A stretch of 64,000 nt of DNA, taken from NCBI RefSeq assembly GCF_006345805.1, contig NC_042998.1, forward strand, positions 167,958,001 through 168,022,000, written 5' to 3'. Position 1 is the first letter of the stretch; every line of letters begins with the position of its first letter. Below the pieces are notes generated by a model. That model ran no database searches and was not told the origin of the DNA. It saw only the letters and a program-made list of their open reading frames with translations. Origin of the DNA: Octopus sinensis. Its lineage: Eukaryota. A program made the translations under genes and the position numbers. Of the stretch, positions 26,460 through 39,709 are shown in pieces.

Positions 26460-27191
26460 ATGTGTGTGTGTGTGTGTGTGTGTGTAAGATCCATGTATAA
26501 ACACATGCATGAAGGTTTAATCAATAATGAAATAAATAACATGCATGCTGATATCAGCTGAGAAGATAAAGTTAGATTAGTTGAACAGAAGTATTCAGGA
26601 AATCACCTGCCTAAAGGATGAAGAGACTGCGATATGGTGTGCTTCGCGACATCTTTCTTGAAGAAGAAAAGAAGGAAAAGAAAAGAAAAACAGAAGAAAA
26701 TGAAAGAAAAAGAAAGAAAAAGAAAAATGAAATATAAAAATCAACAAGCAAGAATCAGCATTAGAAAAAAAAAGAAATATAAAGTAAAATGTATGACAGC
26801 AAACGTTACGAAAAATTTAGTGATGGCGGAAAACATTGAAATATAAATCCCTAATGATTTTATGAAACTACTGTTGCTCAGGTTTTATCCATTTCCCCAA
26901 CACCAATCCCATATATATATTTTTTTAAGTTTCTGAATTCAGTCTTCGGCTCTCTTAGCCGTTAATGTGTACCAATATTTATTCATAAGATATATAACTC
27001 TCATGATAATTCCCAGGTGTCAGTAGTTAAAGAAACTCATATTCATGAAGTCGTTCAGGCACTTACACGCATACAGAAATGTACGCATATATCCGCACTC
27101 AAATACACATATATTCCATACACATACATATACACACACAAGCACATCTATCTATCTATCTGTCTATTTGACTGTGTTGTCTGTCTGTCTC

Positions 27192-27234
<43 letters not shown>

Positions 27235-27293
27235 ATATATAAATATAATTTAAATTTTATCCTTTTTTTTGTTTCAGTTATTTGACTGAAGCA

Positions 27294-27331
<38 letters not shown>

Positions 27332-27372
27332 ATATATGGAGCAATATATATATTATATATATATATATATAT

Positions 27373-27414
<42 letters not shown>

Positions 27415-28244
27415 CATGTATATGTATATTGTATGTATATATTAATACATATATTATATGCATGTATATAAACGTATTTATACAGATATATATATGTATA
27501 TATATACATATAGGTGTTGTGTGTGTGTCTGTGTGTGTGGGGGGTATGTACATATATAAATACATACATACACATACACAGACAGGCAAACAAACACACA
27601 CGCACATATGTATGTATGCGTGTGTTTGTGTCTGTGCGTGTGTGTGTGTCTGTATTCGCGTGTGTGTTCAGTGATAATGTGAGTATAGTGTCAGTCAGTT
27701 TTGTGTTTTAATGATTCGCATATCATTGGTTTACCTGGTTTAGTACAATGAAATCAGAGAAACGTATAGTTGATTTACGACCGAAAATTCAAAGAGAAAG
27801 GCCACCAACTTGAGCCGAATATATCTTCCCAGCAGTATCGCTTCAAACGTTGCTGACAGGATGAAATCACCAAGATCAGATATCACAAATTATCTTGCAC
27901 AGCTCTCTTGTAATTCCAACAGTCTACTGTTTGGGATTGATTCTTTTTTTTATCGATCTTGAAAGGATGTTAAACAAATTCGACATCGGCTGATTTGAAA
28001 TCAAAATGAATAGAGTCATAACAACCACCAGAGGCAGTTCTACGCCACAAACTAATTTCTTTGTCAATTTCCTGCCTTACAACCGCCATTTAAATATCAG
28101 AAACACGAGTGAATTAATGTTTTTATGCCTAGGCACGTGCCCTAGTAGTTAGAGTTCCTCGGCTCATAAACATAAAGTCATGCTGGCTGGTTTTATCTCA
28201 CCCTCTTTTTTCACCCTCTCTTTCTCTCATCACACACACACATA

Positions 28245-28326
<82 letters not shown>

Positions 28327-28417
28327 CGCTTTACTTAAGCCTTTCGCTTCCTAAGGAGCAAAGACCAATGACGACTTTTCTACACAGAACTATACAATAC
28401 ACGCACACGCACACTCA

Positions 28418-28476
<59 letters not shown>

Positions 28477-28664
28477 ACACACACACACACACATACACAC
28501 ATAATTTTCTTTCGAACTTTAGAGCCTGAAAGAGACAGGTTTTCCGTTAGAAGCCCGCGAAAATTTAAGTCGCACGGAGTCGAATCAAACTGTTCTAAAA
28601 ATACATGAAACTCCTACTAAATGTCTTGAGTATCCTTTTGCTTCATTTGTCTGTTCACTCGTGT

Positions 28665-28709
<45 letters not shown>

Positions 28710-29663
28710 CGAATATTATTGCACTCTAGATAGTAGTATTGAGCATTTCTTCACTTTTCTGCAATTCACACTGTGTGAACCCTTAATCGTCCCTCCCTGC
28801 CCAGTCACCGCCTCTCACTATCAACACACACAGTTGCACATATTCTCTGTCTCTCTCACATATACACCACCACCACCACCACCACCACCACCACCACTAC
28901 ATCACACCACCCATACACCCCAACTGAATATTTGTTCGCCTGTATTAACACGTAGAAAAATATGTACATATGTATGTATGCATGTGTATTTATGTGTGTA
29001 TCAATCAATCTGCGTGTGTACGTCTGTGAATGTAAGTATATATATATATATACTCATTCAAACATACATACACACACACACACACTCACACACACACACA
29101 CACACACACATATATAATTCATGAATCCATGTGTGTGTGTTTGTAAGAGAGAGAGAGATACACATACTACTTACATATACATATACACACACACATATAT
29201 ATATTATATTATATATATATATAATATTATATATATATATATATATATTAATATATATATTATATATAATAGATATAATATTATATTATATATATATTAT
29301 ATAAATTATATATATATATATATATTATATAGATATATATATATATATATTATATATATATATATAGGTGAAGCTATTTATTTTTTTATTAATTTAATTT
29401 AGTTTATCTAAGTTTGTTAATCTCTTGATATATCTTCTCTTAATGCACCAACAAGATTGGATGTTGATTAGAAGTAATTACCGTGGGAAAATAACTACGT
29501 TTAAATTTATCGCGTATTTTATAAGCCAGCTAGTATTTAATTTTAATATTTAAAACTGATGTAACGGAAAGTTATCAAGCTCGAATCATTCTCAACAGTC
29601 TCTTTCCATCTGTCTCTGCATTCTTTTTCTCTCTCTCTTTCTCTATCCCTCCCTCTGTCTGCC

Positions 29664-29716
<53 letters not shown>

Positions 29717-29719
<3 letters not shown>

Positions 29720-30222
29720 TCTTTTCTACTCTAGGCACAAGGCCCGAAATTTCGGGGGAAGGGGCCAGTCGATTAGATCGACTCCAGTACGCAACTGGTA
29801 CTTAATTTATCGATCCCGAAAGGATGAAAGGCAAAGTCGACCTCGGCGGAATTTGAACTCAGAACGTAGCTGCAGACGAAATACCTATTTCTTTACTACC
29901 CACAAGGGGCTAAACACAGAGGGGACAAACAAGGACAGACAAACGGATTAAGTCGATTATATCGACCCCAGTGCGTAACTGGTACTTATTTAATCGACCA
30001 CGAAAGGATGAAAGGCAAAGTGGACCTCGGCGGAATTTGAACTCAGAAGGTAACCGCAGACGAAATACCTATATTTCTTTACTACCCACAAGGGGCTAAA
30101 CAAAGAGGGGACAAACAAGGACAGACAAACAGATTAAGTCGATTAAGGATTAAAAGATGAAAGACAAAGTGGACCTCGGTGGAATTTGAACTCAGAACGT
30201 AACGGCAGACGAAATACGTGCT
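29717..30222 (-). mobile_element. Head-to-tail trimer of family A SINE units
   Basis: Three GAACTCAGAA..GCAGACGAAATAC units with tail-to-head junctions near 29884 and 30068. Confidence 0.9.
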
Positions 30223-30739
30223 AAACTCTCTCTCTCTGATTCTGTACTTGCTATATGTTCTACCTGTTTTTGTGTCTCACTGTCTCGATATATTTATGCT
30301 TGTTTATGTGTGAGTAAGCAAATATTTTTGAAAATACTTTCATTAGTACTTCAGCAAGCACGAAGACTATTTTACGCTGATGATGTTGAAATAAAAGTGA
30401 AGCATGCTCATAGTAAATACAAATAATATTAGTTATTTCCTAATATAATTTCCCCCACACCCACTGCCCATTAAATTTTATTCGCCACTCTATAAATTTG
30501 TTAACAATAAGTTACCAATTGTTTGACATATCCTATATTTTATCTTTTACTTGTTTCGCTCAGCCATGCTTGGTCACAGCCTTGAAGGATTTTTTATTCG
30601 AACGAATAAATCCTAGTACTTATTTTTTCTTTAAAAGCCTGTTACTAAATCTATCGATTTATTTTACTGAACCTCCTGGTTTCGGGGACATAAACACACC
30701 CACACCGGTTATCAATCAGTAATGGAGGACATACACAGA

Positions 30740-30900
30740 CATGCACGTGTGACGTTGGCAATTTCTTCTGCTTCTCCTTCTTTGGACTTTTCCCTTTCTC
30801 CTTTCCAACGAAGAGCTAAGCTCCAAACGTTAAACTCTCTCCTTTCACCGAGCGTCAAGCTAACACACTTTTTGCGCACGTCCCCTCATTCGTTGTTTTT
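30740..30900 (+). mobile_element. Penelope-like terminal-repeat remnant with decayed hammerhead
   Basis: CTTT-CCAACGA-A-GAGC(TAA)GCTC-CAAA-CGTT-AAAC, same family as 60853-60888. Confidence 0.5.
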
Positions 30901-30972
30901 CGTTTTTTTTTTTTTTTTTTTTTTTTTTGTTTTGTTCATTCGTTTATTTGAATTGACTAAATATATATATGT

Positions 30973-31252
30973 GGAGCCGCAATGGCCCAGTGGTTAGGGC
31001 AGCAGCCTCGCGGTTGGTTTCGAATGACAGACAGGGCGTTGTGTGTGTTTATTGAGCGAAAACACGAGGCTCCGGCGGAGGGTGGTGGCGATCTCTGCTG
31101 TACTCTTTCGCCCCACCTTTCTCTCACTCTTTCTTCCTGTTTCTTGAGTAACGCTGCGATGAACTGGCGTCCCGTCCAGCTGGGGGAAACACATACGCCA
31201 TAGAAATCGGGAAACCGGGCCCATGAGCCTGGCTAGTCTTGAAAAGGGCGTA
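30973..31252 (+). mobile_element. SINE family C head with an alternative tail
   Basis: C head and body to TTCTTCCTGTTTC, then GAGTAACGCTGCGATG...GGGAAACCGGGCCCATGAGCCTGGCTAG instead of tail A. Confidence 0.8.
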
Positions 31253-31294
31253 AAAAAAGAAAATATATATATCTGTGTGCTTGTGTGTGTGTGC

Positions 31295-31326
<32 letters not shown>

Positions 31327-31354
31327 TGTGTGTGTGTGTGTGTGTGTGTGCGTT

Positions 31355-32021
31355 TATACGACGGGCTTTTTTTTTTAGTTTCCGTTATCAAATCCACTCA
31401 AGGTTGTGATCGGCCCGAGGCTATATCACAAGAAACTTGTCCAGTGTTCAGCGTAGTGAGACTGAACCCTGAACCATGTGGCTGGGAAGCACACTTCTTA
31501 AGACAGCGATGGGTGAGCATTTAAGCTAAAGCCTGCATCGGCCGGTAGCCGTTCTCGGATCGACTACATGTAGATTTTGGCATTTGTGTTACTTTCTTTT
31601 CAGACGAAATAATTCAGAGGCATAACAAATTTAATTTTTGTATAGAAATAACGTGTAACATTTATGGATTTTAAACATTAAACTTTTTGAATGCAGCTCG
31701 ATTGAATAAATCTCTCTTGACATTCACTAGGATCTTAAACAGAAACGCTTACAAAACCTGTTTATGCTTTAGCATTCTCTGTGTATATGTACCAGTTTTT
31801 ATTATACTACACTGTATGTGTACATATGCATTATGCGCAGGTATGATGTGTGGTTAAGAAGCTTGATTTGCAGTTACATGGTTTCGGGTTAAGTTCCAAA
31901 ACACAGGAACTTGGCCTATAGTCTCCTACTAGTAGGAGACAGTAGACCAATGCCATGTCAGTTAATTTAGTAGACTCAAACTGTGGAACCCCGTCTTATA
32001 TATATACATATATATATACAT

Positions 32022-32053
<32 letters not shown>

Positions 32054-32450
32054 ATATATATATTCTTTTACTTGTTCTGTCATTTGACAGCGGCGATGCT
32101 GGAGCACTGCCTTTAGTCAAACAAATCGACTCCAGGACCTTATTCTTTGTAAGCTTAGTACTTATTCTATCGGTCTCTTTTTGCCGAACCGCTAAGTTAC
32201 GGGGGACGTCAACACACCGGCATCGGTTGTCAAGCGATAGTGGAGGGACAAACACACACACACACAAGCATATACATATATACATGTATACGACGGGTTT
32301 CTTTCAGTTTCCGTCTACCAAAACCCACTCACAAGGCTTTGGTCGGTCCGAGGCTATAGCAGAAGACACTTGCCCAAGGTGCCACATAGTGGGACGGAAC
32401 CCGGAACCATGTGGTTGAGAAGCATGCTTCTTACTACACAGCCACACCTT
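31355..32450. mobile_element. Family B SINE copies (31355-31505 -, 31845-31930 +, 32055-32450 -)
   Basis: AAATCCACTCACAAGGCTTTGGTCGG and GCTGGAGCACTGCC motifs. Confidence 0.8.
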
Positions 32451-32874
32451 ATAATACATTTATACATATTGCGCGCGAGCGTGTGTATACATGTGTCATT
32501 GTGATTGTGCTTTCCACCTACCAAAACAAACAATAGAATGAGTACTAGATTTAAAAGCATCACGTAAGTACATGGGTCGATTCATTCGACAAAGTACCCT
32601 TCAAGTTGGTGCCTCAGCATGGCCGAAGTCCGTTGACTGAAATATGCAAAAGATAAAATATAGAAAGTATACATTACATAAGGTCATACACACGCGCGTT
32701 GCCAAGATGCTATATCCAATACTAATACATTTGGTCGTTGGTGATTCTGTCTTCCTAACTTTAAATCTGTATCTTCTATAAAGGTAACCCTAATCTATCT
32801 AAGCAGCGGAATCGCTATGTAAATGTTAAATATTTCGTGAAATTTTAATCGTGATGTGGGTACATCATCAAGGT

Positions 32875-33080
32875 GCCAAGCTAGCAGAGGCTAGCACGCC
32901 GGGCAAAATGCTTAGCGGTATTTCGTCCATCTTTACGTTCTGTGTTCAAATTCCGCCGAAGTCAACTTAACCTTTATCCTTTCAGGATCGATAAACTAAG
33001 TACCAGTTGAGCACTGAGGTCGATGTAGTCGACTTACCCTTCCCCCGAACTTGCTGGCTTTGTGCCAAAATGTGAAACCA
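32875..33080 (+). mobile_element. SINE family A (short tail)
   Basis: GCTAGCACGCCGGGCAAAATGCTTAGCGGTATTTCG...GGCTTTGTGCCAAAATGTGAAAC. Confidence 0.85.
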
Positions 33081-33095
33081 TTATTTCAGTTCTAA

Positions 33096-33800
33096 CTAGC
33101 AGGAGGACCCGGCATTGCTCGAGTATTAAACACTTGGCAATGGTCTTAATATTTTCCACCATTTTTTTTTGTACATCTCTTTGAATATTTCTTGCGTTAA
33201 GTTGCAAACATTAACATTGAGGAGGAAGTGATTTTTCCCATAGACCATAAATAAAGTAGTAACAACTGGGTGAAAAACCTTGGGGAAGCCACAAGAGTAT
33301 CGCAGGGGGTGCAACAATTGAATGTAAAGTGGACCTGAAAAAGGGCGAGTTATCGTTCTCACAATAGCCCTGAAAAGGATTGTTAACCGTTCACAGGTAT
33401 AAAAGTCCTTTTTCGTTCACATCGAAAGCAGTATGTGCAGTGATGCCAAAACTCAAGCCATCTGCAAAGCGATTGAGAAGCTGTAGTGGACAAAATGAAA
33501 AAAGACTTAAGAAAAACAGGTAATTTTGAAAGAATAGCAACAATAGTACTCACTCACCATAAACCTGTTAGACAGGGAAGCTGCGACATGTTGGACGGCG
33601 TACAGCACTCATTGTAGATGACATTTTTCATTTTGGCTTTCGTGGCGAACACGAAAAGGTTTTTTTGCATTCGACTCTTGAGCATCCGACGTATAATTGG
33701 CCGTACGAGAAGCATGGTTGGCCTAAATGGAGGTCTGTCGTTATTAGTGTTTGACCTTACAAACTGCAAGATCAAACACTAACAAACACTAAGCAGTTTG
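33096..33800 (-). mobile_element. Helitron-like 3' terminus with upstream internal sequence
   Basis: Minus strand ends ACTCGAGCAATGCCGGGT (hairpin) - CCTCCTG - CTAG|T, the canonical Helitron 3' signature. The 5' extent is uncertain. Confidence 0.6.
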
Positions 33801-34181
33801 AAACTTCGGATACTAGTTGAATGAGTCAGACGTTCTTCTATTCTGTATATAAAAAAAAAGTTTGGCTTCTTTTTCTAGCAACTCATGCAACAATATACAG
33901 ACTCCGTCATTGGTCTTTCTCTCAGTAATAATTTTGTTGTTATTTAGCCTCAAATCAACCCTGATACAGCAAACCTATCATCAAAGACATTCCAGCCTTC
34001 AGCGAACCGTCTTTTTAGGGATAATCTAGGACATTACGTACAGTGGGCGTGTGATTTAGGTAGGGGGATACTTTAGATGCTATTTTTAGCGTGTCGAGCG
34101 ACCAGGTAGAGACCCTTTCCTTGGTTCGATTGTGTGATGAGATTTTTTTAAACATATATGTATGTATGTATATATATATAT

Positions 34182-34693
34182 GTCCGCTTCGGTCGTCCGT
34201 TCGCCTCCCGGCCTTATTCGCCGGTGCGTGCGCGGTCGGGCCGCGGAGCTCTGCTCGCGTCGCCGCCGCGAGTCGGCCGCCGTCCAGCGCTCGTCTTCGC
34301 CCGCGCGTGTCGTGTCCGGTTTCACGCTTGCGTTCACGCGCGGGTCGGTTCGGCGCGCACGGGAGCCACGAGGCGGGTGCGCTATTGGGCGTCGTCGCCG
34401 TTCGCGTTTTAGCGGTAGTAGCGCGTCCACCTCCCGGTCGTTTCGGCCCGCACGGTTCCTCCGAGGGTGCTCTTCGCCGAGTGTCCGAGGCGGCCGGAAC
34501 GTTCACTGTGAAAAAATTAGAGTGCTCAGAGCGAGCCCCGCCGGCTTGCATACGAAAAGCATGGAATGATGGAAAATGGCCTCGTCCGCGCGTCATCCGT
34601 CGGTCTCCGTTCACGACGAGGCAATGGTCGAAGGGAGCGATCGGGGCCACTCGTATTGCGACGTTAGAGGTGAAATTCTTGGATCGTCGCAAG
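34182..34693 (+). rRNA. Orphan 18S rRNA fragment (expanded V4 region), likely pseudogene
   Basis: Conserved 18S blocks GAAAAAATTAGAGTGCTC, GCATGGAATGATGGAA and CGTATTGCGACGTTAGAGGTGAAATTCTTGGATCG, preceded by a very GC-rich expanded V4. No other rDNA lies nearby. Confidence 0.92.
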
Positions 34694-34927
34694 GGTCCTG
34701 GACATCTTCAGTTTGGAGGACTTCCATGGGGCCTTTACGAAGTGGTTGAATAATTACAACAATTGCATTGAAGTCAGAAGATCCTACTTCGAAAGAGATT
34801 AGGATTTTGTACTTCTTTGAAATTAATGTCTACTGAAAATATATGAAAACTTCAAAGGTGCCCCTTATACCAAAATTTATACGTATGTTTGTTAGTTTTT
34901 GTGCTTTTATATCGATATGACTACGTG

Positions 34928-34989
<62 letters not shown>

Positions 34990-35280
34990 AGTTTTCGAAT
35001 TTCTTACAAAAATTGCAAGAGCCGGTTTCTATCACAGAAACAAGGCACTTGTATGGGAAACTAACTAGCATCAACAGAGTTCTACGCACGTATGCGTTCC
35101 TGTAAGAATTTCTGCGCACATATATGTATGCAAGTAAGTATTAATGTTTAAATTTATGCATATAAAATTCTATATTTGCGTTAATAGCTTGTATAATAAA
35201 TTTGATAAGCAGAAAATTGTAATTAAAATAATATGTAGGGAAGAGTTTTCAATTAGCAATTTTTTACTTAGTATTATTCG

Positions 35281-35465
35281 AAGGCGAGCTGGCAGAAACG
35301 TTAGTACACTTAACGTTCTGAGTTCAAATTCACTGTGGTCGACTTTGCTTTTCATTCCTTCGGGGTGGATAAAGTAAGTACCAGTTGAGCAATGGAGTCG
35401 ATGTAATCGATATTCTCCATCCCCCGAAATTGCTGGCCTTGTGCAAAAATTTGAAGCGATTATTT
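35281..35465 (+). mobile_element. SINE family A (short tail)
   Basis: AAGGCGAGCTGGCAGAAACGTTAG...GGCCTTGTGCAAAAATTTGAAG. Confidence 0.85.
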
Positions 35466-35599
35466 GAATTATTCTTTCAGTCTTACGACGATGATGAAAT
35501 GAAAAGAAAGTACCAGTTGCATACTGCAGTAGTCCGCATCGGCTGGACCACTCCGCCAAAATTTCAGACCGTGTGCCTATAGTAGAAAGGATAAAAAAA

Positions 35600-35759
35600 A
35601 TGGTGCGGCTGTGTGGTAGTTTGCTTTCCAAACCATACGGTTCCGAGTTCAGTCCCACTGCGCGGCACTTTAGGCAAGTGTCTTCTACTATAACCTCGGG
35701 CCGACCAAAGCCTTGTGAGTAGATTTGGTAGGTGGAAATTGAAAGAAGACTATCGTGTG

Positions 35760-35847
<88 letters not shown>

Positions 35848-36092
35848 CATGTGTGTGTGTGTGCGTCTGTGTGTGTGTGTGTGTCGTTGTGTCTGGATTT
35901 GTCTTCCACCGCCGCTTGACAACCAGTGTTGATGTATTTTAAGTCCTCGCCAACTAGCAGCTCAGCAAAAGAGAGCGGTATAATTAAAACACGGCTTTAA
36001 AAAGTTATAGCACTGGGTTCGACTCGTTCCACTAAAAATTTTTCAATGCAGTGCCCCAGCATGGCCGCAGTCTGGTGACTGAAACAAGTCCA
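35600..36092 (+). mobile_element. SINE family B with (GT)n
   Basis: Full head, internal (GT)n, GTGCCCCAGCATGGCCGCAGTC tail. Confidence 0.88.
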
Positions 36093-37698
36093 TGGTAATG
36101 ACAGTTTAGATATATTGCGTTTGTCTTCACAACTTAAGGTATAAGAGCTAACGGGTTGCGGTGTTTATTCATACCCTGATTATGTCACATCTCAACGTCT
36201 ACGAAAGATATGTTATGCTTGCAGGTGCTTGGGTGCACGTACATCCTATGGATTCGTGTCTGGTAATTGGTGTCATCTCCTTTGAAATAAACTTGTTGAC
36301 ATGTTGACAAGAAGTAAGACTTTACTTATTTCATAAACATCAACCCCCACCTCACACACTATGTCTTTAGTTTAACGTGTGTAAACTGTAATGTACCTCG
36401 AAACAACGCAATGTAATCGCTTCTACTTGTCATGCGATGTGTATGAATACTCGTACCCTTATTTGAATGTGTGCGTATTTTTGGTGGTGGAGGTTTGCAT
36501 ACATTAAGTTTTGACAGTGTTAAATTTATGCATAAATTTCTTCACCCGCTTTCCACTAATATTTTTTCTCTCTCCTTTTCTCTCCCTCTCTCTTTCTCTC
36601 CCCACACATACTCATATACGTACGCACACTGATATACTGTTATGTGTATTTGTGCATATCTGTGTGTACATACACGCACACACACATACACATGGTTTTC
36701 AAATATAATTTTTAAGTTGAACCGTTGTCGGAGTGTGGATTTATGATCCACAGGTTCTTCTTCAACTCCAGTTAGAATTTATAAGGGAAAATGGATTTAT
36801 TTTATACTAGATTAATAACAAGATTGCATATAGGAGCTCTCTGTCACCTCAGTCGACCATGCGTATACGATAATGTTTGAAATTTAATATGAAATACCTT
36901 TGTCAATATGAGTATAAACGCCATTAGTATGTTCCGTAGTAATTTTCAGTTGAATCGTAATTTATCAGACATAGTAAATGCGATAAGAAATTATGTATCC
37001 TTTTCTTCATCTTATTCATGAGCTTGAGGATATCAAATTTACAAACGTTTTTAAAAAAGTAATGGCGGGCTTCGGATTTCAGAAACGAATATTCAGCCAC
37101 CATTGATCATATTTCCAGAATATTCCCTCTCTCTTTCTCTCCTTTCTCTTCTTCTTTCACCTACTCTTTTCCCTTCCCCCCCTTTCTCTTTAAAGTACAT
37201 TTTCAACTAGTACTTCAAAGATCTATCTTGAATTTACTGTATTGACTCACAAGACTGACTGAAATGTTTAAAACCGTTATGTTTTTACGTTCAACTGTTT
37301 TAAAAAAAAAGAGATAGTAAAACTTTATATTTGTAAGACGTAATAAGTTTGGCAGAAGGCACCATCGAGCTATTCGTTAATTCATTACAACATACTAAAA
37401 TAATTCCATTTCAAATCACAAACGAAACCATGATTTCCAGAGCTAAGCTCGGCGTAAAGTTATAAAACAGTCTACAATACAGTATTCGAGACAAAATAAT
37501 GGATTTAAATTTTGGTACAGTGCCAATAATTTGGAAGGAAGGTGTCTAATCGTTTACAGTGACCTCAGTACTTCACTGATACTTTATTTAGTTGACCTCC
37601 GAAAGGATGAAAGGCAAAGCTGACCTCGGTGCCGCTAAGCGTTGTGTCCGACTCGCTGACGATTCTGCTATCTTGCCACTTTCATTCCGAATAAAATA

Positions 37699-37765
<67 letters not shown>

Positions 37766-38332
37766 TACTCATAAGGGGTAGACAAAAAATGTGAGGAATA
37801 TTATTCATAACACCTCGTTCAGAAGATAGCAACACAGAACGTATACAACGATAATTCTTAGTTCTTCTACAATCAGACGTAGATAAGTTCTGTTTGAACT
37901 TCCGTTATCTGAAATCTGCTGGACAGATATGGCAACCACTGAGTTGTTTCTATATAATTACATGTCTGAAGCGAAATAATGAAGTAAAATATTTATGTGA
38001 AATAGTTGTATGGACGAAAGACAGTACGAACGACGACAGTATGAGAGATTAATGCATTGCATAGGTTCCGATAGGGGTAATATATAGTTTGTGAGTTCAA
38101 ATAAGCAGAAGTCAATGTAACAGAAGAAGAAAAGAAGGGTAAAATTAAAAAAAAACATCTGTATACCAATGATTGTAATGTGTTAGTGAGTGATGCTTTG
38201 CCAATCACTTGGACTGCCCTTTTTTTTTTACTGTTTGTGGAATTGCAAAATCGGTCCGTATATTTGAGCAATACTTCAATGAATCTTATTGAAATTGGGC
38301 AAAGGTTGGTGGATTGATTAGAGTTGAATTAT

Positions 38333-38718
38333 TGTTGGAAGCACTCCGTCGGTTACGACGACGAGGGTTCCGGTTGATCCGAATCAACGGAACAGCCTGC
38401 TCGTGAAATTAACGTCTAAGTGGCTGAGCACTCCACAGACACGTGCACCCTTAACGTAGTTCTCGGGGAGATTCAGCGTGACACAGAGAGTGACAAGGCC
38501 GGCCCTTTGAAATACGGGTACAACAGAAAAAGGAAGTAAGTGTGAGAGAAAGTTGTGGTGAAAGAGTACAGCAGGGATCACCACCATCCCCTGCCGGAGC
38601 CTCGTGGAGCTTTAGGTGTTTTCGCTCAATAAACACTCACAACGCCCGGTCTGGGAATCGAAACCGCGATCCTATGACCGCGAGTCCACTGCCCTAACCA
38701 CTGGGCCATTGCGCCTCC
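38333..38718 (-). mobile_element. SINE family C, young, 11-bp TSD
   Basis: AGTTGAATTAT at 38322-38332 and 38719-38729 flanks the element. Confidence 0.93.
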
Positions 38719-39261
38719 AGTTGAATTATAACCTGGCCTTGAAAAGAAAGCTAAAGGTGTAGTGTCACATTTAATAGGTACGTGTAGTGAATGTATCTTT
38801 ATGCAGTTAAAAGAAAGTAGGTTGTCTTGTCATCAATGTTGCTGTTCAGGAAGGCAGTACATGTCATACATAAGGTGTCTAGATTGTGTGTGTATGAAAC
38901 CTGTATACAGAGATTGCAGTAGACTGAAAGATGACATCATCTATACACAAAAGTTTGACCTTCGAAATGACAGCAAAAATAATTATTAATGTAGAGAAAA
39001 AATGTAAAAGTCAACTGAATCTTGGTTACTTCCAGTACAATACAGAATATGTATGTATGCTTGTATGTATGTATGTATGTATACATTATGTGTGTATGTA
39101 TGTGTGTGTGTATGTATGCATGCATTATGTGTATGTATATGTGTGTGTGTATGCATGTTAGGAACACTTCAACAAACGAGCACCAGGAGCACTGGGAATA
39201 TATACACAATCATAATATTAGTTTCAAACCGGAATGAAAAAGGAAGAAAGTTCTAACAACG

Positions 39262-39298
39262 TTCTTACGTTTCGGACTGATTTTCCTTCATCAAAGAA
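39262..39298 (-). ncRNA. Minimal Penelope-type hammerhead motif (C3U variant)
   Basis: TTCT-TTGATGA-A-GGA(AAATCAG)TCC-GAAA-CG-TA-AGAA with palindromic ACGU helix III. Confidence 0.5.
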
Positions 39299-39651
39299 AA
39301 GAAAGGAAGAAAAGGGAAATAAGGACAGAGATGCATGACAGAATCCCATAGTACTAGGTTGATGTACAGTTTATATCTATACTACAAAGAAACTGTACTG
39401 GACCTAGTTCCAGAGAACTATTTTCTCGTCCTTGTTCATTCTTTCCTTTCCAGTTTTTTTCCTTTATTAACTGTTCAAAAGTTAAGAATTTTTGAAGAAA
39501 GTTATACTTAAATTCATAGAAGCGTGAAGCTAAAGTAATAATTTTGTATTCCTGTTGTTCGTACTTTTGTATCTTATCTTTTTCTTTAAGATATTTCTTG
39601 GCATTTTCCCGTGCTGACAGGATACCAGTATTCGGATTACACTGGGTCTGC

Positions 39652-39709
<58 letters not shown>

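Noticed and set aside
29717-30222. Regularly spaced repeats resembling a CRISPR array
   Set aside because: The units are eukaryotic SINE multimers without unique spacers; no cas genes.
34015-34753. 225-aa and 220-aa GC-rich ORFs
   Set aside because: Spurious frames over the 18S fragment.
36227-36265. 39-nt candidate micro-exon (GCAG|GTGCTT...TCTG|GTAATT)
   Set aside because: Weak pyrimidine tract, no recognisable peptide and no supporting exons.
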